Shown one piece after another: positions 1 through 13,899 of a stretch of 64,000 bases of DNA. The stretch lies in the NCBI GenBank assembly GCA_036172245.1, contig JAYWIR010000007.1, positions 3,100,001 through 3,164,000 of the forward strand. Direction: 5' to 3'. A program made the position numbers and the translations under genes. The DNA is from Raillietiella orientalis. Its lineage: Eukaryota. Under the pieces are notes generated by a model that was given only the letters and a program-made list of their open reading frames with translations, was not told where the DNA came from and did no database searches. Numbering within the stretch: the stretch's first letter is position 1; each line of letters opens with the position of its first letter.

Positions 1-128
1 GCTATATTTGCCGGACTGTGGCTTCCGTATCGTGGAATGTTGGTTTACAACAGCATCGCAAAAGAAGAACACAAATTTCTGGACTTATGGTTTCTCATGT
101 TTGCTAAAACATGCGTGTACATTAACAG
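1..128 (+). CDS. TRH-receptor-like / EFLamide-receptor-like GPCR, paralogue A, penultimate coding exon (TM6-ECL3-TM7); 5' part lies upstream of the window
   Basis: Frame 1 reads AIFAGLWLPYRGMLVYNSIAKEEHKFLDLWFLMFAKTCVYIN-S. This resembles vertebrate TRHR TM6-7 (LWMPYR...VNS...WFLLFCRICIYLNS). It ends at donor AACAG|GTAACA (GT at 129-130), phase 2. Confidence 0.92.
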
Positions 129-1313
129 GTAACAAGTCTAATCTTTAAGAGTTACCTAATAAGCAGTCAAATCTATGAGCTGTTCTTGTATTAATGACTG
201 TAGATTAAACGTCAGATTTCCAAGGTGAAAAGTGTACTTTTGCCTTTTTTTTTTTTTTTTCAAATTTGAAGATGCCTCCACATAAGTGCAGTTTCACTGA
301 TGCAAATATCGGACGTCTGCTGATAAGAGCATTAAGTAGATGAAACCAAGAATGTTCTGTGTACATTCCAGTTGCATACAAAAGGAAAGCTAGAATAGTA
401 AGAATGGAATTGAAGTCTAGGGCAGATAGTGTTTTCAAGTATAAAAAACCATATTTGCTCTGCGCACACACAGCATTATCTGTTCCACTTTGATGGAAAT
501 GTAAATTTATAGTTCGCTTGTCGTGAAGTTGCATAAATGAAAGTTCTTTGGCTGCAATTCTTTATTGGGTTGATGGCCTTCATATTGAAACTCATTTCTG
601 TGCACTGGGAAAATTACTTCATATTATTCCGATTATTAACGATATCATACCTATGTCACTCATGGGAACAGTGGTTTGTACTAAATTCCCTTAACCTGGC
701 AGAAGATTAAAAGTTATCTATTTGCTTATTAAGACTTTGTTTACTATCTTGGTTGTGATTAGGTAAATGATTTATAAAACTCCATAGGCCATGGAGCTTT
801 TTGCTTGTTCAGCTACAATTGATGTACTTCGCTGATGCTCGCTCATCCTTCTTGAATTTTCTCCTTTCTACTTTATGATGCTGAGAGTTCTGAGAACTTT
901 TGTTCACAATTGAGATCTGCTTTAAGAATCAAAGTTATTGTGATGTAGAGAGGAAATGCCGAAATCTGAGTCAATAGCAGACCTCATGCATCATTATGGC
1001 TATGGATTTTCGTGCAAGAAGCATGTTGCTATCCATTTGGGAATTTAAAGATCAATATTGAGAATGGATCCAGGTTTAGTAGCGTTTGTGATGAGCAATT
1101 AGTGAAATCCCTACATGCTTCACATACATGTATTCATTTTTTTCTTGTTCACTGATGCTTGCAGATTCAAGATCATCCCAGTGAATAGATCAATCCTATG
1201 AGGGACATGAATCAATAATGATGACTGGATAAAAGGCTTTGCCTTTCACGTTGAAAATTCAATGTGGAAACTGTTTATGAAGGCATGCCAGGACTCGTGA
1301 GAAATAAATGAGC

Positions 1314-1522
1314 AAGGATGCAGTTCTGGAAGAACAACAGTACAGGATGGTTTGTTGGCAAAAGAACACGCCAGTAATTTCGTGACTGAACGATGGGCCA
1401 CTAAGATTTCTTCCACGAGTCCCTAATCACTACCGATTCTAATCAAAACCACTGGGAGTAAAAATCCAATACGATAACGTAAACTGAAGGATTCAGTTCT
1501 GGAAAATTAACATTGCAGGATG
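1314..1522. repeat. Imperfect 36-bp direct repeat pair (1314-1349 and 1487-1522)
   Basis: AAGGATGCAGTTCTGGAAGAACAACAGTACAGGATG vs AAGGATTCAGTTCTGGAAAATTAACATTGCAGGATG, 30/36 identical. Confidence 0.7.
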
Positions 1523-1749
1523 ATAGTCAGCCTGAGTATCATTTTGATCACCTGATCCCGCCATTTCATCATTTTCTTCTTGAATACGAAGAACGAAAGC
1601 TTCACATAGCAATAGTTTACTTTCTTGAAATCCCTTTCTTCGTATTTGGATATTTCAAGAAACAAAACTAAGAAGGTACAAAGAGCGCACAGTTGCCAGT
1701 ATCACAGTAGAAAAAAAAAAAACGCAAAAACGGGATCAGCACAAGACCA

Positions 1750-2600
1750 CGAAACATGCAAACTTTCCATACCTCGAGGAAACTGACATTTGGTTTTCTC
1801 CTGTAACGTCCCTCTTACGAGGCAGCTCCAGCAAGCAATGGAATTCATCAAACGGTTGAAAGTTTTGAAGCAGCCCGTGCAGGACACACAGAGAAAGAAT
1901 TCTCTGTTGCCATGAGGCAAAACTGGAAAACTGCAGAGAAGTGTCTCTCTGCCGACTCCTCGAACCGAATTTCTCAGCTCTCCCATCAGAGAGAGAGAGA
2001 TATCCTTGCTGTCTGTTTATGAAGTAAGCAGCTACACCGGAAAATGGAAAAAATCGTCCTTTAAAGCAAAAAAATGGAAGCAAGCTGGAGAAACGAACCT
2101 TTTAAGAAGTGCTTAGTAAGCTCAATGATCTGCAGGTTGCTTCCCTCTTCCTCCCTGCTTTGTTCAATCTGTTGGGCACACACCCTAAAATCCGTTTAGC
2201 AAGTAATCGGAAATTTCCCCTCGATTTATGGGAGAATATCCCTCTCTGATTCTTTCTTCCTTGGCAATTTCGTTTTGAATTCGATTTTCGAAACGAGCAC
2301 TATGAGGTTTTGAAATTTATCGCAAAATAGTCTTAAGATTTACATGTATGGAATGTTCCTGGGTGTAGCTCCTGAAAAGGCTTTGAAATCGATGAAAGCG
2401 GGATTTCTTGATGGTAGTACGGAATTCTGGGAAACCAAGGCGTCTCCCTCGAAGATTTTCTCACCCCTGGAGTACTGTAACTCGATGCACACAAATGAAA
2501 AGATGAAAAGATCTAAGGAATGCAATGGTATTCGTTAGATCTTTTCATCCGGTGACCCAGCATCCAGTCTTTCTATCTCCATAGCTGACACTCCCAACCT
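1750..2600 (-). mobile_element. Decayed non-LTR retrotransposon reverse transcriptase fragment (RTE-like)
   Basis: Minus-strand motifs occur in RT order: PAFIDFKAF (FIDFxKAFD), a degenerate GIRxGxILSP near 2230-2255, and QPFDEFHCL...SSRYGK (VDEFxYLG...RIxK). Many stops and frameshifts. Confidence 0.55.
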
Positions 2601-4599
2601 TCCTGGAAGACGGTGCACAAGTCTCTTTTGCTAGAGAATGCTTTCTCAACCTAGCGACAACGAATCGATAATATTCATGACAACTCGTGTTCGGAGATCA
2701 TGATGAAGTGCTTTCCATCAAAGTAATGACAGAAGAACAGAAGTCCTTTTGAATTGCAGTTGAGCATGTTTGGAGACTTCATTTCGGAAAAAATAGACTC
2801 GACTACTGTAGCAGCCTTGACACTTTGGCACTCTATGATTCTAAGCTAATCTTCCATCATTTGGTGGTTGGTTACCAGAAACGTCCCTCGAACCCTTCTT
2901 GCATGACTGCGGCATCCTTCTTCACTCGGCACAACGCAAGAATAAGCTAATGGTGACGCTCTGTTCATCAGTTGATGATGCTCGCGTTTCTGAAGGGTTG
3001 TAAACGCCACAGTATCCAGTATTCTGATTACGGAAAATCTTGCTTTCTATTTACACCTCAGAAGAATAGACAGTTTCTGCCGTATCTTGCACTCTATTAT
3101 CGAATACCTGTTTGCATATACATAAGTGTATTCAGCAACTGTTGCTCGTATTTTTACATCGGAAGGTAATTTAAGAATTCAGTCAATGGACCTTATCTCG
3201 CTTTGACATTTTATTATTATTCCTTCTTGTACTGGATTCATTCATTTATTTACATTTTCATTAATTTATCGTTAAGACCGTCTGCATTCTTCTTTCAGTC
3301 ACCCGAATACTTGTGCGATTTCGTTGCCAAGCGCTTTTTGGAAACGAAAAACAAAGTTCTTCTCACAAAACACGTGATGCACCGCCAAGTACTACCGTCT
3401 ACAAAAATGCGTAATTCAAACATTGGAAGGCTTAAGAAATGCTGCCGGTATTTTGTGCAGTTCATGGAAAGGAATGCAAATTGCTTTCATCTAATCATTA
3501 ATTCAGAAAGGTCACTGAGCATCAGTAGGGCCCGCTTGTTTGACAAAGCGCTTTGCCGGAAATACTCCTGTATTCACTCATGATGATGATGACATTTCCT
3601 CATTGCGCCACTCCGAAACTAGCAGGTTATATACCGTTTATGGAAGCTCACTTGTAAGCGAGAACTCGGAGTTGGGATCACAGTTTTGCCCTCCATCTTA
3701 CCGTACCACTTGGAGCGTAACAAATCATGTGGAGAGGAATAGACACAGCGAATCCTGAAAGGTCTCAGTTATTAGTTGATATTTTTAAATCAGCCATCTT
3801 AGAATGACAGCCAGAAGCCTCTTAGCTACTTTATTTTCGAAATTGATTAGCTACTGGTTTATGTTTCATCCTAGCAACCCCTTAGAAGACAACTTGCTAT
3901 TTTTTTTTCCCCTACACATCGCATATAAGATGGATTTCCATTCTTGGTAATTTCTCAGAGACAATGATAAACAAAGGAGTGAATTCATTCAGGAGAGCAA
4001 ATAGGAATTTCAGGAGTAATTATAAATAAATAATTAAACGACAAATGCATTTGGGGTGATTTCAATTACAAAAGGGATGAATTTGTAACATAATTCAAAT
4101 GCGTATCTGAATCTTTGCGCTTTCATAGGGAACCCTTAGGTGCCAATCGATGCCTAGCTTTCTGAAAGTATGAGCCATAGGAGGAAATATTCCATCTGCA
4201 TGGAAAAGTCTCAAATTTGTTCACTCTGGATGCTGGCACACTCGAAAAGACCGATGTTTGTTTCCCCAGCATTGGTGAATTGCCTGCGGCTATTCCGTGC
4301 CACTGAAAAGATGGTGACTCTGTATAATTGTAACCATTTCTTTCTGTTCTCCTTTGCCACACGGATTGCTCTCGGCGTGCAAACTCCTCAGGAGTTTCCC
4401 TCGTGGACCAAACCGAAGAATCTCACAATTTGCTTTATCAGGAAAGAGATCGGTGGAAGAACTTCCTTCAGTGTCCATGATCCCGTTTTACCTAAGAATC
4501 TCATTGGTTTATCTTACACCGGGATGACTCCCTAGGGAGCTTCCCTTTCCCTTTTCTAAAATAATTTCAATCGATCAGCATCGAAATGCTGGGAATTAC

Positions 4600-5100
4600 A
4601 ACACAAACCATTGCACTAAGGGCGATTGTTCCATGACCAGGTTAGCAGCGATCCATTTACTGGGCTTGTGATGTCGGCATATGTCATACAGGCAATACTG
4701 ACCTCTCTCCTTATTCAGGGGAAAGCTTGATCAATATTCCAGCCAGATCACCATTTCAGTAGAACACTTAATTATACCATAATGGCACGTCGCTGGTAGC
4801 GATCCCGCTTGCTTCTCCTGATTTATCGGCAGTATTCATTTCGCAGCAAGAAGCGCTTAGAGCGAAAATAACACATCCGAAAGGTGAAGTCCTTGGATTT
4901 GCTACCACAATCACGAAGACGCCAAGTTATTTTGGTAGCTGTTTCCACTTCCACACGCCTCTTCCTGGCCAAAAGTTTCACTGCAAGTTAGGCAATTAGT
5001 TTTCGTGAGAATCGGACACCGTTTATGAAGCTGCGTGATCTTCGAGATGTAAGTACGCTCGCGGATTACCATTTGTATGTCCGCTTCCTAAATTATTGCC
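4600..5100 (-). mobile_element. Decayed LINE RT fragment (CR1/Jockey-like)
   Basis: Minus strand shows LARKRRVEVET (FLxxRxQxV), then a degenerate PQGxxLxxxLF and a downstream TYADI motif. Confidence 0.35.
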
Positions 5101-7749
5101 AATGATTATTCTCCCGCATGGATGAACGCGATGCTCAGTGTTTTCTGGAGAACTCCTTAATGTTGCTTCGGACAGTTACAATTCTTATGCATGTAAGTGG
5201 GAGAGCTACGCTGATGATCCATTCAGAAACTTTTAGCGCCTAAAAGTGTGCTCCTGTACTTTTAAATGAGGCAGGCAGCCTAGTCTTCTATCGTCACGAA
5301 TACGGATCGAGAGAATGGAAAAAGGTGGTTTCCTTACCACTTTTTTCTCTCCCTCCCCCCTCTCAAACAAAAGAAGCATCCGATCCCTGAACAGAATACT
5401 AATACACTTACGTTAACTCTTATTGGAATGCGTGGCCATCTTGCAAGGAATCCAATTTTGCTTGAAAACTCATGAAACGATGGAAATGGTGATGGAAATG
5501 CAAGCCGCATTGGAGGTTCCTTGCTCATAAACGCAGCAGTCTAATGTTGGTACTTCCGAGACCCATGGTAGTCAAGAGAGATATGGAGAAATTGCTGTTC
5601 TTATCGGAAACTCTACTGCCACTGTTTTGCCTTTCAATCATAGTCGGCAGCTTTGGATTAGACAGTTTTAAAAATACTTTCAAGTGGATGAGAATCGATA
5701 CCGACATCTTCTTCCTGTGAGCTCCTCCCTGCCAATGCCGACATACGTTTGAAACATCTGTCTATTACATTCGACTGCTGAGAGGGCACTATGATCTGCA
5801 GGTAACCCCATGGCACAATTCTAACTAACTACAGGTCCAGGTCAACTGGATCCTGTAGATGATCTCAAACACAAAAGCACTTATTAGATCATACCGTCAT
5901 TTTCCGGAACTCGGTTCACGTTTATAAAGTATTGGCAGAAATTCTGGGATGATAACAAAGAGGCAATTCGTTAACATCAGTTAATAGATGGATGCTTAGG
6001 TGGAATTGGAAGCTGGTTCTCCACAGTATTATTCACTGAATCAATGTGCCGAGCAGGTGCTTTCAGCTGATCCTGAAACTAGCTCTCGTCAAAGACGGTA
6101 TCCATCATATAAGATTGGGGAGATGTGACATCTCTCGGTGAAGTCGAAAAGAAAAATAGGATTTACTGGAAGGAAGAAATTGGAACGCGTACTCTTTCCT
6201 TGATGGCAGAGCGAATTGGAATAGAATAAAAAGCTTCGGAGTCGACTTTCCAAGTCAACTTACACGGATATAGAAGCCACGTCTACTTAGGCTTGTTGAA
6301 TCCGAAATTCGCCGGATTGCCCAAATGTTTTTCCAGTAGTTATTTAGACTCACTCAGTGTGTCCGAGAACGCTTCCAACGGTTCTTCGTAGCCAACACTT
6401 CAAAGAGAATGGAAAACCTTCACCTTGGGAAGGAAATCTTTTCCATAGTGAAGATGCTTCTCCTGATATGCTGCTCAATGTTCTTAAAAATCCTTCATCT
6501 CTTGGAATCGCTACCTCACTATAAAAGCGGCCACTTTGAATGTTCTCAGTTTATCTGTCTTCCATTTTTCCGTTTCCTTTAGCCACTGATGAGGCTTGTA
6601 CTGATCGTTGCTGATTATCATTAGTGGGCCCATTTGAAACTGAACTCCTTTCTAATTTTGCTTTCTTCACGCACATGCTGATTTGTATGCGAGTGCATTT
6701 TAAGTCAAATGGTACTTCATTCCAGCATTCGAACTCTTCTGTAACTCAGAGCGAAAAGATTTTCCACATTCATGCATGGTTTCACTTGTATTTTTATCTC
6801 GGGACAACAAATTCATGTGCATCTTCTCGTACCTGTATGAAGTCATGCGCTCTAAATTGGGATTGGAAACCTTTCTTTTGCTTCGGCATGCATTTTGCTC
6901 TACAAATTAATCACCGAGAAGTGTGGCACGCCATTTTATATGATGGTCTGCAATTCAGAGGGTGTGGATATGCATTATAGGTGGTCATGTATATTGCCAA
7001 AAATTAAAATACATCCAACGAACATGTGTGCATATATGGCGAAACTCTGTTTTCCGCAAGTCTCTCAGTTATTTCTTAAAATGTAAAAAAAAAAAAAATT
7101 TTCTCCACTGATTAAAATTTAAAAAGCCATCTAAAAAATTGACCATTTTTTTCATATTTTCCATAAAAGTCTCACATGCACGCATTGCGTCCTCATACCT
7201 TCGTGTTACTCACACTTTTTTAATATAACACACATACTACGTGTCCTCATGTTTTTCACAAAGAGAATAAGATCTTCTGCGCTTTGGGGAAAAGTATGCG
7301 CCTTCTGTCTTTAGTGCATGGCATCTCCATGTCTACAGCATGGAGATGAGTTTGAACTGTCCACTGTCTGCCACCTCGTATTGTGGAAGAGAGGTGTCGT
7401 CTAGGAACAGATTTGTGCGTGTTGCTCCAACGAAATAACTGGACGAGCCAATCCAGTCTCTTCCAGTCCACTTATGTGGACCTCCAAAGTAACGTGTGTT
7501 TTTCGAATATCTAACAAGCCATAGTTGTTGGACAGAAAAGTTTCTCTTCGTTCTATTCATGCGCTACTCAGATCGGCATCTTTCGGTCATCTCTAGAATT
7601 GTAACAACTCCGTACCACTAGAAACGAAAGAAAATAGTCTTCCTTGGTTTACGATTTGATCGACGCAGGTCACTGCGACCTTCGCATCCACATACACGAA
7701 CCTTTTGCATCGGTGGTTTTAAAGCACAACGAGTTTGCGTCCGCTTTCC

Positions 7750-9850
7750 GAAGAAATGCTTGCTCTACATGATTTTCCTCGAGCAGATTCACTGTTTTTT
7801 CTTGTGTCGCTGGCTGTCCTCAGGGAATTCGGTTCTCTCACATTTGGTATGAGTTATCTTCAAATTCGTTTGGCAAATTTAATTAAGCGCCTCTTTCACA
7901 CATATACCGAAACCAAACCAAGTGACCAACCCTATGGATTAGATCCAATATGATGTGCATTCTTCCCTCTGCTTGTATGAACAGTTAGGAGCTTTGCAGA
8001 TTCTTCTCTCAAGAGCATAGTAGTTTAAGGACATCTTTACTTGGTGAGGATCTTGGATGCATTCGCTACACTTCGCCATTAAGTTAATGAGAACGTTATT
8101 TCTCAACACATTCTGCTCGTATCGTGCACCTGCTTCCCTTTTTTATTGTGCGCTTTTGGAATGGTCGTGAGCATCGGTGATTCCTCTTTAGATTTGTTTC
8201 TCTGAGCTCTTTGAATCACCTGGATATCCTTCGTTCAGCCTCTTGAGTTTCCATGTCATGCTTTCGATGGTGGATTTTCTTTTATTTCTTCAACAAGGAT
8301 TACTCATTGGATACTGATTAACCCGTGTTCCGCCTTCGACTAACAGCATGGCAACAGATGCAGATAGAACTTTTGAGGTGGAATGACACGCTTCCGGGAA
8401 GAAAGATGGATAGGCCTCTGGAACGATGAATTCAAATTACTGACCAGACAGTGATTCGATCAGTACTCTAATCTTGCGAGTCGAAGGATCACTGTTTGCG
8501 TCTTGTTTTACTTTCATGCTCAGGGGGCTGAAGCAGGCATAGGAAGTAGTCCTTGAATCTTCTTTGTTTTAACTGACTACCGTAATTTGTTTTAGATGAA
8601 GTGACCAGTGTCCATTTCTGCAATCTCTTTCCGAAATGAATTTCAAATAATCAGTGTGATGGAATTTGCTTGGCGAGCACATGTTCTTCTTGCTTTTTTC
8701 CTATGTTTAATGCAGTGATTTTCATAAGCGGTAAGGTTTCGGTTGCTGTGAGGAGCATTTCTTTACTTACGTGATCATTTAGGCAATAATCGCAACGCTT
8801 GCCATTAGGTGAGCGGTTTTAACTTTATTAATTGGAACATTTGATTTGCCACTGGTGGGAACCGGAATGCATTTGCTCATAAAAATGAGTGGAATTCAAA
8901 TGGAAATGAGAATTGGTGACGGATGCACTCGCTGCAGATGCAAGACGAAACGTCTCGGTCTGAGATTATTCCGGATTAGAACCCCCAGATCATGGAATTC
9001 TAATTCTTCAATTTAGCGAAATCGTAGGTTCGATGGAGTCTCAGAGAAAGCAGCTCACGAGAGTCCCATCTTGCCATGATTTCTTGAAGATGCGAATGTC
9101 AACTCCTTCGCAATGGGACGCAATCAGCTCGTTGTTTCAATTGCGAGTGCCGTCGTTAGAATACCATTTACTACGATCTCAGTGGAATAGAATGAGGAGA
9201 GATTCTCTTTGTGTTTCTGTAGAGGGATAATAAGATAAGCAGTGTTTCTCTGGAAGGAATGTCCTCAAAAATTTCTAAAAGGACATGAGCCAGGTTTGCA
9301 GAATGGAGCATTGAGTGGATTTTCAAGTTGGAAGCTCTTCTCGGATTTAAAACATCCAATTTGCCTTAGGAAGTGAATTTTATGGTAGCAGGAAAGAGTA
9401 TCTGGGCGACGTGTGTTCCCAAGGCAGCGGGATATCCGGCAAGATAATCCAAGTCATAGACCGCAGAAATGGAATGCAGTTTTGGGAGATACTGTTAGCG
9501 GCTTATAAGAAAAAGAAAGAAAGAAAGAAAATAGGGCAATCCGTAAGAGAGCAGTTGGAAAATGAATCAACGAAGGTCGATTTTTGCTCGTCTGAAAGCG
9601 ACTTGATGTTGCTACAGTGAATTCAGAGTTCTGGGAAGTCAAGATAAAAATTCAGGTGCACACCTTTTCCTGACAATTTTAATGGATGCTCTGATTCTGG
9701 TGGTGCACTTTGAAGGTGGGGCTGCGTAGTTTCCATTCACGAAAGCTCTGCTTGCACGTAGATACGCCTTTTCCATTCGTGGTCTCGTTGGTAATGAAGT
9801 CCTTCCAAGAATCCATCGGCGTACTACGTCATTGAGCACCCGGATTTCCG
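7750..9850 (-). mobile_element. Heavily decayed RTE-like LINE ORF2 remnant
   Basis: Minus-strand traces of PxKFITLI near 8660 and LVWFRY (RLRWFGH-like C-terminal motif) near 7920. Possible endonuclease traces at 9600-9850. Confidence 0.3.
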
Positions 9851-11034
9851 TAGCTCCTTGTCACCTGTCTGATTCTCGTTGCTTGGATAATGGTCGATGA
9901 CGTGCCATTAAATTTTTCAGAGCCGCAATTCACTACTTTACGCACGGGAATCCAGCAGCAGGACCGGTAGCTGCCAGAACGGGGAGCCTTCTTCCCATTT
10001 GCCTTTCAATGCAACGGAGGCGTTCCGACTCTGCTTCCTGATCCCAACATTCAAAATTAGGTCTGGTCGGCATCGGGGCAGTCACGCGCCCAGCGAGCGA
10101 GCAGCCTTGTCCTTGTTTCAAAAAGACTGGCTCTTCCAGCAAACCCCCATCCACGATCCGAATTTGGGTTTCTGCAGAAGAGGCGTTTTTTCTGGCAATC
10201 AGCCAACCGCGGCGATCCCCTCCAAAGACCGTTTCGGATTAATTACGATTAGCAGAGGACACTTTTCTCATTTCATAGTGGGTTCCGAGCGTTTGCTTGC
10301 TCAGCCAGATAGCACAAAATGGTACGATTCTTCAGGATTTCCTTCTTCTGTGACCGTTACGACGGTCTTGAACCTGAACTGTTCCCTCTGACGCAGCTAT
10401 GAACTGGTCTGAGATCGAGTTCTAGCCAACGATCCGACTGAACAGGGATCACCCCATCAGGTCACCTCTGTTGAGGTGCTTTTCACAAACTTTTTGTCAC
10501 TATCATGTACTTCTTCGTCACTGGTAATCAATGAGAGATGTCTCTAAGAGCATTTCCATTGCACCGTTGCTGGAATCCGACGACCTTGGAAGCCGATCTA
10601 CAAAATGCGATCATAAAGAACGTCTTTCCTCATCCTCACGTTATCTTTGAGAGTTCAAGCGGTTTCTCTGTGAAAGAAATACATCATTTGAGTCCATCTT
10701 CTACTCGTAAACTCGGATGAATGGATGATGGAATTTTGACTTTGACTTGACTTTCGAAACTGCCTTGAGCCAGCCTCACCCAGAAAACCCTTGCGCTCCT
10801 CGATTCGTTCGGAGGTACCTGCCCTTTCATGCCTTCATCCCATCCGGTTCCCTTCATGGAAATGCTCCAGAGCGCGAAAGGACGTGCCAAAAACCGCGAG
10901 CACGAGTCGAAAAGTGAAGTGGTATAGCTGCAAGGCGAAACGCTTTAATCTGCGGTCTCTGGGACTCTGAATCTATCAATGGATCCCGTCAAGCAGTTCC
11001 ACGAGAATGCAGCAAGTCACCTGTGGAACATCCG

Positions 11035-11790
11035 CTTTCTTTCCTTCTTTCTTTGATTCTCCAAATGCTGAAGAACTGCTCGCCTCCTCAGACAGGACTC
11101 ACAAAGCTCTTTAACACCGCCTACCCCACCCGTGGGTGCTCATAACTCCTCAAGTTAGGGGGTGCCCCGGGAAGGGGCTGCCCTACGAATCCAAAAAGTC
11201 TCCGGAAAAAAAGACTTGGTAAAAAAAAAAAAAACGGAGGGACCTCTCTTTCTTACTCTTTCCGGAAGAGACTCCTCCCTTGAAAGGGAGATCTACTCTT
11301 CGTTTCTTCTCCGAAGAAAAACGAAAAGAATCTGTTCCTGGAATGTCTTCGCCGGAAGGGACCCGCAGGAGAACCATTTCCTGCTTCTTCCTCTGAAGAG
11401 TATCACGAAAGGACGCTTCCGGATTTCCCTGATGGACTTCCCCGAAGGAAGCAGTGCGCTTTTGGAGAAACAACCCCTCAAGGGTGGCATCAACCGGCAC
11501 TATGGTATGTGATGGAGGGTCCTCCCGAGGAAAGGGCGATGACTCCATTTTCACAACCGGAGGAGAACACCGAAGGACTCCTTGGTTCCTGGAAGGACCC
11601 CAGAGGATTCCATCCAGTCAACGGAATTTCCGGTTCCCACCAGTGCTGCTCCCAAGCCCTCTAATGCCAGCCTGCGCCATTCTGCGGGGGCGAAGAAGGG
11701 ACTCGAAACCCACGATGCATCCATTTCTCGTCATGGATCCTCTACGTGGGGATTCGAATCCGCGATTCTTGGTGTCCGGCCACCAACGTG
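11035..11790 (-). mobile_element. Composite tRNA-derived SINE, copy 1
   Basis: B-box-like GGATTCGAATCC on - near 11750-11761 and an A-rich tail at 11035-11054. Body aligns by eye with 49123-49745, 42260-43055 and 17845-19955, e.g. GAGGAAAGGGCGATGACTCCATTTTCACAA is identical at about 11527 and 49470. Confidence 0.8.
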
Positions 11791-12927
11791 GGCACCTGCT
11801 TTCTTCAGGCACGCCTCAGGAGCGAAGCCACCAAGTCGAGCGTCCGCACTTGTACATAGCAGAACACCCGCAACACGCTCACAGTCCCCACATTCGAAAA
11901 ACAACAGGCTGCGTCACAAAATGCTCCCGTTTCGGTGACTTTCTGAGCTATAGAATTATCGCATGCCCTCAGCATCTTCCACAGAGCAGCCACGGTAGAG
12001 AGCTGAGAAACCCTCGCTGTGCGACTTCTTGTAGACGCAAAACGACTCCGACTTCGTGAAACACCTCTATACTCGTCTTAGAGGCAGCAGCCGTCTGCAT
12101 TCAGCACTACTCACTGGTCAGCCAGTGCGAAGCTTCCTTTTCGCATCTGTGGGAAATTTCCTGCTTATCCTGATTCGCTTTGATGGACGGCTTCAGGTGG
12201 ACACTGAACCGAAATCGAAGGTGCTTCAAAATCGCTGCAGCGCGATGGCGCCACTCGATTATCTTAGGCGCTCCCGGGGAGAATGGGAAGGCAAGAAATT
12301 TTCATACGTCATCCAATCGTACATTCTTCCGTACGGAAGAACATGCTAATGCTCATGGAACATACTCTGTTCTGATCTTTCCAGACGGCTGTTTCGGTTT
12401 GAAGCATAAGGAGATCAAAGGATCTTGTTTCAAGCATCTGATGGATTTTCCGTGGGATTCTATTTTTTCTCGCGTTTCTGTTTGGTCCACGGATCTCACG
12501 TTCCATCTCAGAGTTGTCTTTCCGTCTCAAAAATTTCGTCTAGAGATTCTCCCGCTCCATAAAGGTGAACCCAAGGCCAACAGCGGGGTCCGTCAGGGGG
12601 TCAGCATTGGCACTCTCCAGGCGAAGTTTCGGATGTTCCCTTGGGGCCAGCAGCAACTGCTCAAACACAGTTCCCGCCCTCTCAGCTCTGGAAGATTCCG
12701 TCCCTCCCGACTAGATACGTACGGCAGGAAATCAATATGTAATGACCACGAAAATTGCCGCTACTCAGTTATCGCATATCATTGCGCAAGGGTCGACATG
12801 GGAATCGCTCTCACCCGGTTGGGATTTCACCGGACTTTTCTCAAGTGCTATGATGATTCACAGTGCATTTGCATCTCGAATTGTTTTTCTCGAGTTGTTA
12901 TTCATGCACTCTATCTCATTTTTCTAG

Positions 12928-13138
12928 TGCCATAAATCCTTTTCTCTACAGCGCCATGTCGATCAAATTTCGCAAAGCTTTCCGCAAACTGCTGCGTGGT
13001 CAGATGTCCAGGAAGACGCTACATTCTTCCTGTTCGAGAAGCAGAGCCCTGAAACTGATGTCTCGTAGTTCCGCTTTGCGGAGCGAGGGGAGCAGCACAA
13101 GAAAATGCAAGAAACAAGCAGCCATGGCTGAGCTGTGA
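12928..13138 (+). CDS. TRHR/EFLaR-like GPCR paralogue A, last coding exon (NPxxY, helix 8, C-tail)
   Basis: Acceptor CTCATTTTTCTAG|T completes the Ser codon split at 128. Reads SAINPFLYSAMSIKFRKAFRKLL...AAMAEL-stop. Implies a 12.8 kb intron (129-12927). Confidence 0.9.
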
Positions 13139-13616
13139 AGCGAATCCCTTGGGCGCGCTGCAGATTGAAGGGTGCAAGCAACAGGTTGCAGTGGAAAGCC
13201 TCGTCTCTCGTGTGCATGGTTTCGGAAAGAGGTTTGCTGAGGATAAGAGCTCTGAGAGTGACGATAATGCATGGACAGCAGTTACAAGACGTGTGTCGCA
13301 GATGACGCTTCAGGAGAATCGTATGCTAACAGTGTGCACGTTGACTGATCTCTTTGGATTTTTATTTCTTGACCGTGAACCCAGCTACAAGAGCGAAAGA
13401 AACGACTTTTAGCATTCATCCCATGAAGAAGATGAAAAATTCCTAGGAAAGTGGGGCGACCGAATACTCAGTCGATCTTCAAAACAGTTGTTTCTTACAG
13501 ATGATCTCATTTGAAAAATATTTGACCCGCAAGAGACAGTCCATTTGGCAGATGGTGGTGAAGGTTTCAAGCAGTCGCTGTCGGGTGTGAACACGTGATA
13601 TGTCCAGAGATTCTTG

Positions 13617-13622
13617 AATAAA
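13617..13622 (+). promoter_or_regulatory. Candidate polyadenylation signal of GPCR paralogue A
   Basis: First AATAAA I noticed downstream of the stop at 13138 (about 480 nt away). Motif only, no transcript evidence. Confidence 0.25.
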
Positions 13623-13899
13623 AGAAAAGTGAACGCAATCTGACTCGATTCCGTCTTTATTTTCTTGTTTCCTGCTCACTCATTTCCGTTTCCTGAGTCG
13701 TTTCTTAATCGGAAAAACCACACATGATGGATTCTTGCCCTTCTTGCAATAGAGGATGAAGTGTTTACTCAATCTAACAGTGTTTTCCAACGACTGTTGC
13801 TGAGGAACCATGAAGCGGTGTATATGAGAACGCTAAGAACAGTACCAAGCTTGATTGCTGCCTTCCCGAGAATTGCAAGCCAAAAGAAAGGTTGCTGTC

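Noticed and set aside
12180..12935. 251-aa plus-strand ORF containing SGVRQG, resembling an RT motif
   Set aside because: No flanking LSP/YADD or KAFD motifs on +. Weak RT traces appear on the minus strand instead, so it is likely an antisense chance ORF.
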